From positions 46,934,001 to 46,998,000 of the forward strand of contig OX597817.1 of the NCBI GenBank assembly GCA_951406725.2: 64,000 nt of DNA, given 5' to 3'. The notes beneath the pieces were generated by a model. The model searched no databases and was not told the origin of the DNA. It worked only from the letters and a program-made list of their open reading frames with translations. Position 1 is the stretch's first letter. The number at the start of each line of letters is the position of its first letter. The DNA comes from Octopus vulgaris (taxonomy: Eukaryota). Positions 26,911 through 40,215 of this stretch are shown here, piece by piece. Position numbers and translations under genes: made by a program.

Positions 26911-28342
26911 TCCACATATATCGTGTGTGTATATGTGTGTGTGATTTTTAAATGTAATGACACGGGGGCCGGCGGTTGGTGTGAAGGTGTATATGCATGC
27001 TTATATGAATGAAAATGAATGCTGATGTCTATGAGGTGCTTTTTTTTTCTGAACTTGTGTTGAACGTCTTGAATTTTGGATTAACTAAATTAGATGCAAT
27101 CGACCTAATTACTCGTAGATAACAGTATAAAAACTACTGACAAGCCATATCAAACCCCTCTGTCAAGCCATGTCAAACCAGTGTGACAAAGTAGGCTCGT
27201 CAAACCAGTATTCTCAAGCCAAACTTCACGGCTTCCACATCGTACTGTGGTTGGTGGAGGAAATATACTGAGGCCTTTATCCTGCAGTGGACTGAACACA
27301 GGCAATCCAATCTAATTAAAATAAGTACCAGTAATGTACAGGAGTCTAGCAAATTAATTACTCCTCTTTCCAAGAAACATGAAATCTTATGTTAGAGCTA
27401 GAAACCATTATAAATCACGATAAGGTATTTCATTTGGTGAAAAATGCCATTATCATCTCAAAAAATTTTCCAAATCACTTTAAGAATATTTGTTCCCTAT
27501 TTGAGAATGAAATTTCATTGAAAATTCTTTTTTTTTGCGATTCATTGAAAATGTTTTTTACCTCCAATGCTCATTCAAAATGATTGTTTTGTGGTTGCTG
27601 TTGTTGTTGCTGTTGCTGTTTTTTCTCAATAAAACACTATAATAGCAGTCACGTGCGTTTAATGGTTGGTGTATAATTACATTTCCCGGTAATCGCATAG
27701 AAAATGCGGAAGAATATTGGCAAGAAGCAAAAAAAGTATCCATTATTTGAAATTTGGTAAGAGTGTGGCATCCTTGGGAAATATATGACATAATGATTGC
27801 GAGAGTAATAAAAGACTGATTAGATACGTAATGTGCTGCCATCATGAAAATCCATTGTTGCTATACAATAACGGGCGATGTCGTCCTGTGTCCACAGTTC
27901 AACTGACTTTAAAAAGTAAAGTGGAGCTGCCATATACGAACGGTTCGCTAAACGAAGAAACTGAATGGCGAACGAGTTTTCTGAAGAAAAGTAAAGACGC
28001 ATAACGAACTGAAGTTTGATGTGCGAGTATAAATGCCGGGAGAGTATATGCGGACGGTACGCTAAATAAACGAATTATATAGTGAACGGCTTTTTCTAAA
28101 GAAAATTACGTTCAGTTAACGAGCTGAAAATTGAACGAGTAGCTGCGAGTAAACAACGCATATATATAAATGGCTGGGAGAGTGTGTACAAAAAGTTCGT
28201 TAACGTCGACGTAAGCATGTATTGTAGCTTGATAATTTTCATATTTTATATAGAAAATAATAATATTTCTATTATATTTTGCAAAAACGTAACCATGGGT
28301 TGACAAAAAGGAAAACCCATACATCCAAGTATATATATATAT

Positions 28343-28517
28343 ATTTCTTTACTACCCACAAGGGGCCAAACCCAGAGGGGACAAACAAGGACAGACAAAC
28401 TTATTAAGTCGATTACATCGACCCCAGTGCGTAATTGGTACTTAATTTATCGACCCCGAAAGGATGAAAGGCAAAGTCAACCTCGGCAGAATTTGAACTC
28501 AGAACGTAACAGCAGAC

Positions 28518-28569
<52 letters not shown>

Positions 28570-28846
28570 CGGTCTTCTTTCAGTTTCCGTCTACCAAATC
28601 CACTCATAAGGCTTTGGTCGGTCCGAGGTTATAGTAGAAGACACTTGCCTAAGGTGCAATGCAGTGGAACTGAACGTAAAACCATGTGGTTGGTAAGAAA
28701 CCTACTTACCACACAGCCACTCCTGCGCCTGCTACTTACTCTATCAGTCATTTTTGCCGAACCACCAAGTTACGAGGACGCAAACACACCAGCATCAGTC
28801 GTCAAGCGATGATGGGAGGACAAACACAGACATACAAGTACACATA

Positions 28847-28898
<52 letters not shown>

Positions 28899-29070
28899 CA
28901 CACACACACATACGACGGGCTTCTTTCAGTTTCTGTCTACCAAATCCACTCACAAGGCTTTGGTCGGCCCGAGGCTATAGTAGAAGACACTTGCCCAATG
29001 TAACACGCAGTGGAACCGAACCCAGAACCATGTGGCTGGTAAGCAAGCTACTTACCACACAGCCACTCCT
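28343..29070 (-). mobile_element. SINE cluster: B fragment (28343-28520), A head (28566-28729), A copy (28735-29070)
   Basis: Matches to families A and B on the minus strand. Confidence 0.8.
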
Positions 29071-29592
29071 AAATTTTAATCTGTTCAATAAACGCTTGCA
29101 CTGCTTTGTGCAGGTGGCGTTTGGCTAAATTTTAAAAGTATCGAACAGAGCCTTGCGGTATTTATTTTGGATCCGTGATTTAAGTTCAAATTCTCTTGAG
29201 TTCGCTTTAGCATTTCATACATGTGGGGTCGATAAATAAACTATCAGTCAAAACTTGAGTTAATTTTCTTCTCTCACAATTTTTCAGTTTCTCTCTCTTT
29301 CTCTCTGGAGAAATTAGCTGTGTTTTGACCTGGAGAGAATGGTCTCCGCCAACTTTAAAATGTCTGAGACACACAGTGTGTTGTTATGTCACTCAGACGA
29401 TACACGAATGGAATCTTACATAGAATGAATTACAGTTATTTCTGGAACATTCGATTAAAAATTTATGTTTGAGAGACGCGTGAAAATTATGAATTTCTGG
29501 ATAAAATGTCTGCCAAACGGAAAGTGAGCTTCAGAGAAGATATAATGCAAACGAAAAGCATATATCAATATATGTAACAAACACGCAAACAG

Positions 29593-29649
<57 letters not shown>

Positions 29650-30020
29650 TACACAGACATACACACACATCTCCACTCAAATTATATATAAATAACTGTT
29701 AGTGTATGTGCAGATGTATGTATGTATGTATGTATGTATGTATGTATGCATGTATGTATGTGTATGTGTGTTTGTGATTTTCCTGCTTTTATCTTCTCTC
29801 AATTCACTCACAGTTGAACAAGCAGATTTTTTCCGGAAATTCCTAATTTTCACGTGATCTTCCAATATTAATTATTAAGCGAACATTCCAGAAAGAATTG
29901 CAATTTACTCTGTATAAGAAATGAGCTCTGAAATTTGATGTCAGCTTGATAATTACCACGAACTCAACTTTCGAGCCTTCAGTCATGTTTATAACTTTCT
30001 GCCGATTAAATATACATCTG

Positions 30021-30124
<104 letters not shown>

Positions 30125-30137
30125 CCCGTTACATATA

Positions 30138-30170
<33 letters not shown>

Positions 30171-30219
30171 TTACTTAATCGGCACAAATTAAGAAAAATG
30201 GCTCAAACCTCGAATTTCT

Positions 30220-30287
<68 letters not shown>

Positions 30288-31452
30288 GTTTCTTTATTAG
30301 TCACACAGGGTCGAAAACAGAGGGTACAAAATACAAAGTGGAGCTTTCTTTTCGAAAACAGAAAAAAAGGTGAAAAATAAAGTTCCGATCAAAAGAGATC
30401 GTGAGAAAAAAAAACGATCAAAAGGGATCATGTATCACAGAAAATATTGAAAATGTAAAAAGCAAGATTAGGTTTATCCGCGGAATGAAAAGCCTAGGGA
30501 AAAGACCACGGTAAACTCAGGCAGGGAGGGAATAAACACGAGAGCAAATTACTCTCTCTCTCCCTCTCTCTTTCTCTCTCTCTCTCTCACTCTATCTTCG
30601 ATTTACAGGATATGTTCAAAGAGGTTTCGTCACTCGCACGCACCATCTTTGCTACATTCATCCACCTTTTATTGCAACTTTCACGAGACAAAACCTGCCT
30701 CTTCATTCTCACCTTCTTTTTCAAGTGGTACTTGAAAAATTTGATGAGCGATTAGCCAGAGAAGTAGGTGTTTGTCTCTAAACCTTTCGCTCGAGTCCAC
30801 AACACACATTCTTTCACCATTGCCAACAGTACAATGAAACCTGCCTTGCCTTCCCGGTTAAGGGAAGATGGTAGAGCAATTTTCACGACTTGATCGACAA
30901 GCGAACTCATCCCACACCTGACAACAGCCGTTCGGCATAAGCCCACAAGTCCGAAATGGTTGGACGCTGCACGAGTTCGTGCAGAACTGTTTCCTCGCTC
31001 TGACCGCATCTCAAGCAAGTCGGTCCGGTTTGTCTCGAACCGTGCCTGTAGAGCTTATCCCAAACGGGTAATGCTTCTCGATAACACTGCCAGGCCAGGC
31101 AAAGTTGTCCTGAAAAGGCGAGTCAGATATTCCTCGTCGTCGCCCAGATTCTGCCCGAGAACGTCGTCGCAACTCCCCTCCACTAATCCTCTATAGATCG
31201 CCTTTGTGGAATTGAAGTCGCACAAGTTTAGTCCCGGACAGCAGAGTTACTTGTGAACAAAGCGGCACTCGCGGTGCCATTCGCCTAGCCTCGGTCTCTG
31301 TTTGATCCACGACTGCAGTTCGGCCAAAGAGACGAGCTGCGGGAAAACGCGCCCCACAAATGGCGTCCACACCTGTTCACCGTCGTCTATGAAGCACCGG
31401 AGTTACCGCAGTCTCAGCGCATGTCTGCGCATCATCAACCACGGCATGCCTG
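30288..31452 (-). mobile_element. Tx1/L1-like LINE, 3' portion
   Basis: Minus strand GMPWLMMRRHALRL, YREALPVWDKLYRHGS, CLRCGQSEETVLH (zinc-finger region), AMVKECVLWTRAKG. The 3' UTR ends at (TATC)n. Confidence 0.75.
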
Positions 31453-31653
31453 TATTTTATACCTGTAATTTTGGGGGCACTGGGATATGTAATACACTGC
31501 CTAAATGCTACTCTTGAGGAATTAGGCTTCTGAAAACCAGAAAGGAGAAAGCTAATTCGAAAACTACGGATCCAATCGATCACTGGCACTGTAAAAAATT
31601 GTAAAACTTTCCAGAAGTTTATCATTAAATATATATGAGCATGTCTCTCCCTA

Positions 31654-31732
<79 letters not shown>

Positions 31733-32158
31733 ATGCATGTATATATATATATATATACAGTTACATATACTTTCTTCTCTTCCTTGCATAGCTTAGTTCC
31801 AACAAAAAGAATGATTTATACTAATGCCCGAATTTAATATGAAATTGCTAACAGCTAAACGTATTCTTCTAAAAATTTCGTATGAAAATTTAAAGACGAA
31901 TGAAACGGAGACTGAGGATTCTTGTTATATCCAATGGTCTGTGATGTATTATAGAATAGTACGACAAAGGTTTTGTTAAGTTCTGTAAAGATATCAATTA
32001 ATAAGTCTCATTAAGAGAACTTGTGACTTTCGTGATGAATTCTCGGCTAATTTTCATATTCCTTGATGTAGTTATTCTTTTCTACTCTAGGCACAAGGTC
32101 CAAAATTTTGGGGGAGTGGGCCAGTCGATTAGATCGATCCCAGTACTCAACTGGTGCA

Positions 32159-32189
<31 letters not shown>

Positions 32190-32699
32190 AAGAAGAAGAA
32201 GAAGAAGAAGAAGAAGAAGCACACTCAGAGAGCGCAAACCTCAGCCAAAACAACACCAACGTCCTCTCAACGATTAGCCGGAGATGATTTTTAAAATGAG
32301 AATATCTAAAATAAACTCGATTGCTCTCACAAACGAGAATACTAAAAATGGACCCGACCACCCTCAAAAATCAATAAAAAGTAATCCAGAATCCTTGTCC
32401 GGTACCTGATCGATCTCTGGGGTGCAAACACATTCTACGACTGGTCGCCGATCGGTGCTCGCACAGATAAATCCGTGATTAGCGTAACAAGCTTTACAAT
32501 TACGTGTGCCATGTTATCTCAGATCAGTAATGAAAAGATTGGTGAGAAACGAGGCGACAAATATTTATGATTTCGGCTGTTTTTAGAGTTTTTTGTTGAT
32601 AAAATTTTATGCTCAGAAAGATCCTAGGCACTTTTGCTTCATGTCTGAAAAAGATCACTTGACTATAGCTTCACTATATCTATGCAACTATTTATAGGT

Positions 32700-32990
32700 G
32701 GAGGCACATGGCCTAGTGGTTAGAGCAGCGGACTCGCAGTCGAGGGATCGCGGGCTCGAATCTCAGGCTGGGCGATGTGTGTGTTTATGAGCGAAAACAC
32801 CTAAGCTCCACGCGGCTCCGGCAGAAGGTAATGGCGAACTTGACTCTTTCGCCACAACTTTCTCTCACTCTTTCCTCCTGCATCTTGCAGCTCACCTGCG
32901 ACGGACTGGCATCCCGTCCAGGTGGGGAACCTATACGCCAAGAAACCGGGAAACCGGCCCTTATGAGCCAGGTGTTGCTCGAGAAGGAAC
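32700..32990 (+). mobile_element. SINE family C (tail variant 2), full length
   Basis: tRNA-like head TGGCCTAGTGG...GGCTCGAATCTC; tail gcgacggactggcatcccgtccagg...gctcgagaaggaac. Confidence 0.85.
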
Positions 32991-33748
32991 AAAAAAAAAT
33001 ACTATTTATAGGGTTAAGAACCTGTGATCATGCCTTGTCCAGAATCTGGAAAGACCACAGCTATTTTATTTAATGACTGACATTGAGATTTATTAATTTT
33101 CATTACAAACGTCAATCAAAATGGAAACAGCAAGCGTGAGAATAAATGACAGGGCGGTACAAGAAGGAACCAATGAAAAATTCTGGGCACAATGTCATGA
33201 TCGTTATTCTTCGTCCTCTCTGACAATATGGCCTCCAAACATGCTTTCATATAAATGGATTATTGCAATTCTTTTATTATTGTAAATCGCATTAGCCCTA
33301 TTTAAATTTCATTATAGCGTTACAACATATTCCCTTTTCAGTTGCTTTCGTTCAATTTAGGATTCGCGAATTACCTCCACTTCCTCTTTCCCATTTATAA
33401 TTCCTTCTTTCATTTGCCGTTTTTTTTTTTTTTTAATTTATTTGTCGATAATTATCATTACAGTCTCTATAATATATTAGTAGTAATCTAATTTGCTCAA
33501 GCGATCTTATTTATGAGAAAAATAATAATTAAGCGCAATTATAGCATCAAGAGTTAAATGTGTCAAAACGAATAAATCGAATGGCTATTGTATTAATTGG
33601 AATTCGACAAAAATGGAGTAAACCTGCTCATTTACCGTTACCATACAATCTGATTATTGTAATTTGTTTAATTTAAAGTGCATTGAATCTCTTTCCGAAT
33701 ATTGGATCAACAATAACCAAGCGGTTGTTCATAAAAGCTGAAGGTATA

Positions 33749-33915
33749 GGTGCAGGAGTGGCTGTGTGGTAAGTAGCTTGCTTACCAACCACATGGTTCT
33801 GGGTTCAGTCCCACTGCGTGGCACCTTGGGCAAGTGTCTTCTACTATAGCCTCGGGCCGACCAAAACCTTGTGAGTGGATTTGGTAGACGGAAACTGAAA
33901 GAAGCCCGTCGTATA

Positions 33916-33972
<57 letters not shown>

Positions 33973-34140
33973 ATCTATTTGTGTGTCTGTGTTTGTACCC
34001 CCAACATCACTTGACAACCGATGCTAGTGTCTTTACGTCCCCGTAACTTAGCGGTTCGACAAAAGAGATCGAACGAATACCTACTAGGCTTTAAAAAATA
34101 AGTCTTGGGGTCGATTGAAACAAGTAAAAGAATAAAAGAA
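33749..34140 (+). mobile_element. SINE family A
   Basis: Family A head, internal (TA)n(TG)n, tail with a deletion. Confidence 0.9.
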
Positions 34141-34239
34141 TATATATTAAATATGCATATATATATGTGTGTGTGTGTGTGCGTGTTATTACTATATATT
34201 AATGGCATTGATGTTAATGCTGATACCCAGAAACCATCA

Positions 34240-34642
34240 TTTTTTATCTTTTACTTGTGTCAGTCTTAAAACTGCGGCCATACTGGAGTTCCACCAAGCA
34301 ATTTTAGTCGAACGAACCGACCCCGGGACATATTTATTTTAAGCCCGAAACGCTTCCTATCGAAATCTTTTGCCGAACCCCTACGTCACAGAGACGTAAA
34401 CACCCCAACATCGGTTGTGGGCGGCAAAACACATACACACAAACACACTCTAACATACTCATGCGCGCACACACACAAACACACACACAAGGCTTCATTC
34501 AGGTTCGGTTTGCCGACTCCACTCGCAAGGTTTTGGCCGTACAGAGGCTATTGTAGAAGACACTTGCCCAAGGTGCCACGCAGTGGGACTGTACCCGGGA
34601 CCATGTGGGTGGGATACAAACTTCTTACAACATAGCCAAGCC
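34240..34642 (-). mobile_element. SINE family A, diverged
   Basis: Older copy on the minus strand, tail-to-tail with the previous copy. Confidence 0.8.
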
Positions 34643-35260
34643 TACAACACACACATAAAAAAAATCATTCTTAACTACACACGCACACACACTCACACAC
34701 ATTCACTCACTCTCACACGTGCAATCGCATACACTCACACACATGCATACACGCATACATACAAGTTTATAGCTATTATTTAAACATAAATCAATCACCA
34801 CGTATCAGAAATAAAACCCATTGAACCGTTTAGTGATTTCCCCAGATTAAAAACAACAATTTATTGAAATTAATAAATCGCATGACATTTCTGGAATAAA
34901 TTGTCACCAAATTAACTAACGAGAAATTTTTTGTTCTGTGTCTCATTTTTGAATAATTAACTGACGTTTCTTCATGTACACCGAAACCAATAAACAGCTT
35001 GCACATTTGGTACATAAACCTCTGAAAAAGATACTTCTGCACAAAATCATTTACCCCTTTTTTAATCATTCACCACCCACAACCGCACAAACACATATAC
35101 ATTCAAAATACCAAACAACTAGTCAAGCGTCATCTTAAATGGTCATTCGCTAACATTCTTTGTCCAGCCGCCAGACCCAAGTAAAGAACTTTACTAAAAA
35201 TATTTGAATTTCCGATATTATCCTACAAACAGCTGACATATCATTATATATATATATATA

Positions 35261-35618
35261 TCTTTTCTACTCTAGGCACAAGGCCCGAAATTTTGGGGGA
35301 GGGAATTTATCGACCCCGAAAGGATGAAAGGCAAAGTCAACCGCCGCGGAATTTGAACTCAGAACATAAAATCAGACGAAATACCTATTTCTTTACTACC
35401 CACAAGAGGCTAAACACAGAGAGGACAAACAAGGACAGACACGCGGATTAAGTCGATTATATTGACCCCAGTGCGTAACTGGCACTTATTTAATCGACCT
35501 CGAAATGATGAAAGGCAAAGTCGACCTCGGCGGAATTTGAACTCAGAACGTAACGGCAGACGAAATACCGCTCAGCATTTAGCCCGGCGTGCTAACGCTT
35601 CTGCCAGCTCGCCGGCTT
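35261..35618 (-). mobile_element. SINE family B dimer (second unit has the alternative tail)
   Basis: Junction gacgaaatacc|tatttctttac at ~35385. Confidence 0.85.
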
Positions 35619-35973
35619 AAGAGTTTCTCACCTTCCCGAGCGTCAAACTAATACACCTGCTTGTTGTTTATACACCTGTCTTCGTCTTTTAGTTTTCTGC
35701 AAATTTCAATTATATATTGTACGCTCACGTGATCGCACCAGTTTTATCCTGTTTCAACCTCCTACACTTCGGACTTACTTCTACCTGAACTTTCTCTCCT
35801 CATCTACACGCCAGCATTCCACCCCGATTATAACTGCATATACATATGAATTTCACTAGACTCTTCCGCGGATGAAAAATCGCTCCAATACACCACGACG
35901 TTTGGACCTTTTTTGAACTTGCTTTTTCTTACTCTGTTTTCTCTTCCTTTCTGTTGAAGAGCGAAGGCTCGAA

Positions 35974-36033
<60 letters not shown>

Positions 36034-36065
36034 TATGTGTGTGTGTGTTTGTGTGTGTGTGTGTG

Positions 36066-36208
36066 CGTCACGCTGAATCTCCCTGAGAACTACGTTAAGA
36101 GTACACGTGTCTGTGGAGTACTCAGCCACTTGCAGTTAATTTCACGAGCAAGCTGTTTCGTTGATCGTATCAACTGGAACCCTCGTCGTCGTAACCGACG
36201 GAGTGCCA
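36066..36208 (+). mobile_element. SINE family D, 3' part
   Basis: Matches 61779-61917. Confidence 0.8.
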
Positions 36209-36235
36209 GTCTATATATATATATATATATATATA

Positions 36236-36657
36236 TAACAGTTATCGCCAAGCTAATATGGCAGTCAATAAATATAAGACTAAAGCTGCCGTTGATTAGC
36301 TCCAAGAGGCCATCGCCTCTAGCTAGCTATATGACACACGAACCTGTGTCCATTATAACCTTCGAACAGGGGAGGTTAGCCGCTTTCCCTTGTTGGTCAG
36401 ACATCTGCTGACATGTTTCGGGGTATTTGCCCTTTATCAATGCAGATATCTGACCAGCAAGGGGAAAGCTGACCTCCCCTGTTCGAAGGTTATAATGGAC
36501 ACAGGTTCGTGTGTCATATAGCTAGCTAGAGGCGATGGCCTCTTGGAGCTAATCAACGGCAGCTTTAGTCTTATATTTATGGACTGCCATATTAGCTTGG
36601 CGATAACTGTTAATTTCCAGTACCGCTGCCATAGTCTCCTTTAGAGAGACTTAGAAA

Positions 36658-36660
<3 letters not shown>
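36236..36660. repeat. Fold-back element: ~172-bp inverted arms around a 33-nt spacer
   Basis: Arms 36236-36408 and 36442-36612 are reverse complements with a few mismatches or indels; (TA)n on both sides. Confidence 0.95.
36404..36446 (-). ncRNA. Minimal HHR with U3-A8 variant core
   Basis: TCTGC A TTGATAA A GGG-caaatac-CCC GAAA CATG TC A GCAGA. Confidence 0.7.
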
Positions 36661-36714
<54 letters not shown>

Positions 36715-36784
36715 TCATTTTTTTACAATTTAAAAATATACTGTTGGAATGAAAGCGTTAATAAAACTATGAAAAGTAATAATT

Positions 36785-36986
36785 AATTCTACTTTAGGCA
36801 TTTGGAGGGAGGAGACTAACCGATTACGTCGACGCCGGTGTTTCACTGGTACTTCATTTATCGACCCCGAAAGGATGGAGGGCAAAATCAACATCGGCGG
36901 AATTTTGAACTCAGAACGTAAAGACAGGAGAAAAACCACGAAGCATTTTCGCCGGCGTGCTAGCGATTCAGCCAGCTCGCCGTCTT
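36785..36986 (-). mobile_element. SINE family B
   Basis: Family B head and core on the minus strand. Confidence 0.75.
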
Positions 36987-37058
36987 TACGAAAAGTAATA
37001 ATAAAACGTATTTCCTCTACTTCTGACTACTTTCTTTTATATATTTTCATGTGTGTGT

Positions 37059-37255
37059 GGAGGCGCAATGGCCCAGTGGTTAGGGCAGTGGACTCGCCGT
37101 GGTAGGATCGCGGTTTCGATTCTCAGACCGGGCGTTGAACGAAAACACCTAAAGCTCCACGTGGTTACAGCAGGGGGATGGCGAACCCTGCTGCACTCTT
37201 TCTCTCACTCTTTCTTCCTGTTTCTGTTGTACCTGTATATCAAAGGGCCAGCCCT
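37059..37255 (+). mobile_element. SINE with family C head and family D-like body, truncated
   Basis: Head as at 2404, then gttgtacctgtatatcaaagggccagcc as in 61736-61763. Confidence 0.75.
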
Positions 37256-37514
37256 CTATGATTTTATTTTTGATCTTCTATATAAATGAAAATATTTCCT
37301 CTGTTTGGCTGCTTTTCTCTCTACAAAATGGAAAGTTACATTGCGGGACAGTCATTTTAACGAGTTGTATTCATTTATCACCCGACGAGATACATCTGCA
37401 CCCGAACCAATTGTTGAGTGTCCCACCCAAGAGGAATCGATGCTAGATGTGTCGAAATAATTGTCGTGATTAATAATAAATTCTCGTATATTCCATCTTC
37501 CGGCATTCATTTGC

Positions 37515-37593
<79 letters not shown>

Positions 37594-37597
<4 letters not shown>

Positions 37598-37869
37598 AAT
37601 TGCAGCGTGGAAGGTGTTTATAAGCCATTTAAGTAACACACAAAAAAAACGTTAGATTCACTTCAACATTTAAATTTTATTTGTCAAAAATATTTTCATC
37701 GCTTTGAAACCGTGACCTGCTCACTGACAAAATTTAGATGTTGAAGGGAATCTAACGTTTTTTGTGTGTTTCTTAAATGGCTTATAAACACCTTCCACGC
37801 TGCAATTGTTTTCGTTCCAGCACACGATCACAGATCAGGTGACTTGCTATGCAAGTATATCTCCGTAAA

Positions 37870-37870
<1 letters not shown>
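37594..37870. repeat. Fold-back element: ~90-bp inverted arms
   Basis: Arms 37594-37686 and 37725-37811; flanked by (TA)n. Confidence 0.9.
37680..37732 (-). ncRNA. Degenerate minimal HHR with G3-C8 variant core
   Basis: TTTGTCA GTGAGCA G GTCAC-ggtttcaaa-GCGAT GAAA ATAT TT t TGACAAA. Confidence 0.55.
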
Positions 37871-37913
<43 letters not shown>

Positions 37914-37914
<1 letters not shown>

Positions 37915-40215
37915 TTCCAGCTTGAACTTCAATAATGCAAACAGGAAACAAATTGAGAAAGAGATCCTCAAACAAAACTGGCCTGAATGTCTCTCCTCGC
38001 CGGACATCGACATGAAACTTCAACAATTCATGTCTGTAATGCAAGCCATATGCTTCAAATGTGTCCCAGAGAGAAAGGCCACTATACACAAGAACAAAAT
38101 CCCCAGAGAGAGGAAAATGCTAATGAGACGGCGCACAAAAATCTCAAATCGCCTAAACAAACAAATTGAAAGCAGTGAAAAGTCCCGCCTGAAAATGAAA
38201 CTGTTGGAAATTGAAAACTGTCTGCAACTCTCCCATGAAAAGGAAGAGCAGACAAAGAAGCCTGGGCTATAGACAACATAAAATCTAACCCCAGAGCTTT
38301 CTACCGGTATGCCAAAGAAACAGCTACGGTGCACTGTAGGATAGGGCCACTCCTTGAAAGGGATGGCACACTTACAGGAAATCCAAAGAGGGTAAGTGAA
38401 ATACTAAATGAGCAATTCAAGAGTGTTTTCACCCCACCCCTAGGGCATTTCCAAATCAGCAATCCAACTGACTTCTTCACCACTGCAGATATGGGGTCAG
38501 AGGCGGCGATGATTGATTACATCAATATAAAGGAAGACGATGTAATAAAGGCTATAGATGAGATGGAAACAAACTCAGCTACTGGCCCCGATGGATTCCA
38601 GCAATCCTTCTAAAAGTATGTAAGAGGGTCCTAGCAAGGCCACTGCGGTCTCTCTTTCAGAGCTTCCTTGCAACTGGCAAACTTCCAAGTAAACTGAAGG
38701 AAGGTAAAATATGCCCTATTCATAAAGGAGGTAGCAGAGCGGAGGCCAAGAACTACAGACCTATCTCCCTAACCTCACACATCAGCAAGGTCATGGAACG
38801 AATAATCACCTTCCTTGAAGAAAATGACTTGCTGCCTGACACCCAACATGGTTTCCAACCAGAAAGAAGCTGCTTAACTCAGCTCCTACAACACTATGAC
38901 TGGGTGCTGAAACAACTGCTCAACCACTCAAATGTGGAAGTCATATATCTCGACTTTGCAAAGGCCTTTGATAAAGTCGATCATGGAATGATATGTCACA
39001 AACTGCGTGATCTTGGCATAGTTGGAAAATTAGGAGAATGGCTTCATGACTTTCTGAAGAATAGAAGTCAGAAGGTAACAGCCAATGGGGCCACTTCCAT
39101 TAACACGCAAATAGTGAGCGGTGTTCCGCAAGGCACTGTTTTGGGACCACTACTGTTCATAATGGCCCTCTCAGACATGCCCTCAGCCACGCAGAGAGCC
39201 ACGATCACAAGTTATGCAGATGATACAAAAGTCTCACAGGCAATACAGAACCATGAAGACACTAAGCACCTGCAATGTGAGCTGGACGAAATATACAAGT
39301 GGGCTGAAAAGAATAGCATGCAGTTCAATGCTGAAAAGTTTCAAGCTTTATACTATCAGCATGCAAAACTGAATGCAATACCCAATGAATACACTGAACC
39401 CGGAGGGATTGCAATCCCAGAGGCACAATAAGTGCGTGACTTGGGTATTCACATGAGTGATGACGCGACCTTTCATGTACATGTTGCTAAACTGGCAATG
39501 AAATGTAGACGGCTGGCTGGATGGATTCTTAGAACCTTTAGAACAAGAGAACAAGAAACCATGATGGTCCTCTGGAAGACACTTGTCCTAAGCCACTTTG
39601 ACTATTGCTCTCAGCTATGGTCACCATCCAGTGTCAAGATGATCACAGAACTTGAGGCGATCCAACGAAGCTACACGAAGAAGATAGCCTCTGTGCAGCA
39701 TATGAGCTACTGGGAAAGTCTCAAGAGATTAAAGCTCTATTCCCTGGAGCGTAGGCGAGAAAGATATGCCATAATATATATCTGGAAGATCCTGGAAGGA
39801 CTTGTCCCAAACTTTGGCATCGAGAGTCACACAAATGCCAGAACCGGGCGCCACTGCGTAGTACCAAGGACTCCAAATTTGCCATCAAGATGTAGGAAAA
39901 GATATTGTGATAGCCTGGGCTTCAGAGGCCCACAGCTCTTCAATATCCTCCCAAAGAACCTGATGGACCTGCATGTTGTAGAGACGGATGTCTTTAAAGT
40001 AGGACTGGATCTCTTCCTGTCAGGTGTCCCGGATGAACCAACTTCACAGCAGGAGGTGCAGATGAGGGCAGCTGCATCGAACTCTCTCATGCATCAGATG
40101 GCGTTTGCTAAAAAGCATCCGTGGGGTAAAATCGTGTAGCAAACCAAATGGCGGTGCCCCAGCATGGCCACAGCTCATTAGCTGAAACTGGAAAAATAAA
40201 ATCAAAATCAAATCA
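37914..40215 (+). mobile_element. 5'-truncated CR1-group LINE with disrupted RT ORF
   Basis: ATGPDG, NYRPISLTS, YLDFAKAFDKVDH, SGVPQGTVLGPLLF, YADDTK, LKLYSLERRRERY. Frameshifts and a stop at 39429-39431; short-repeat tail. Confidence 0.95.
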
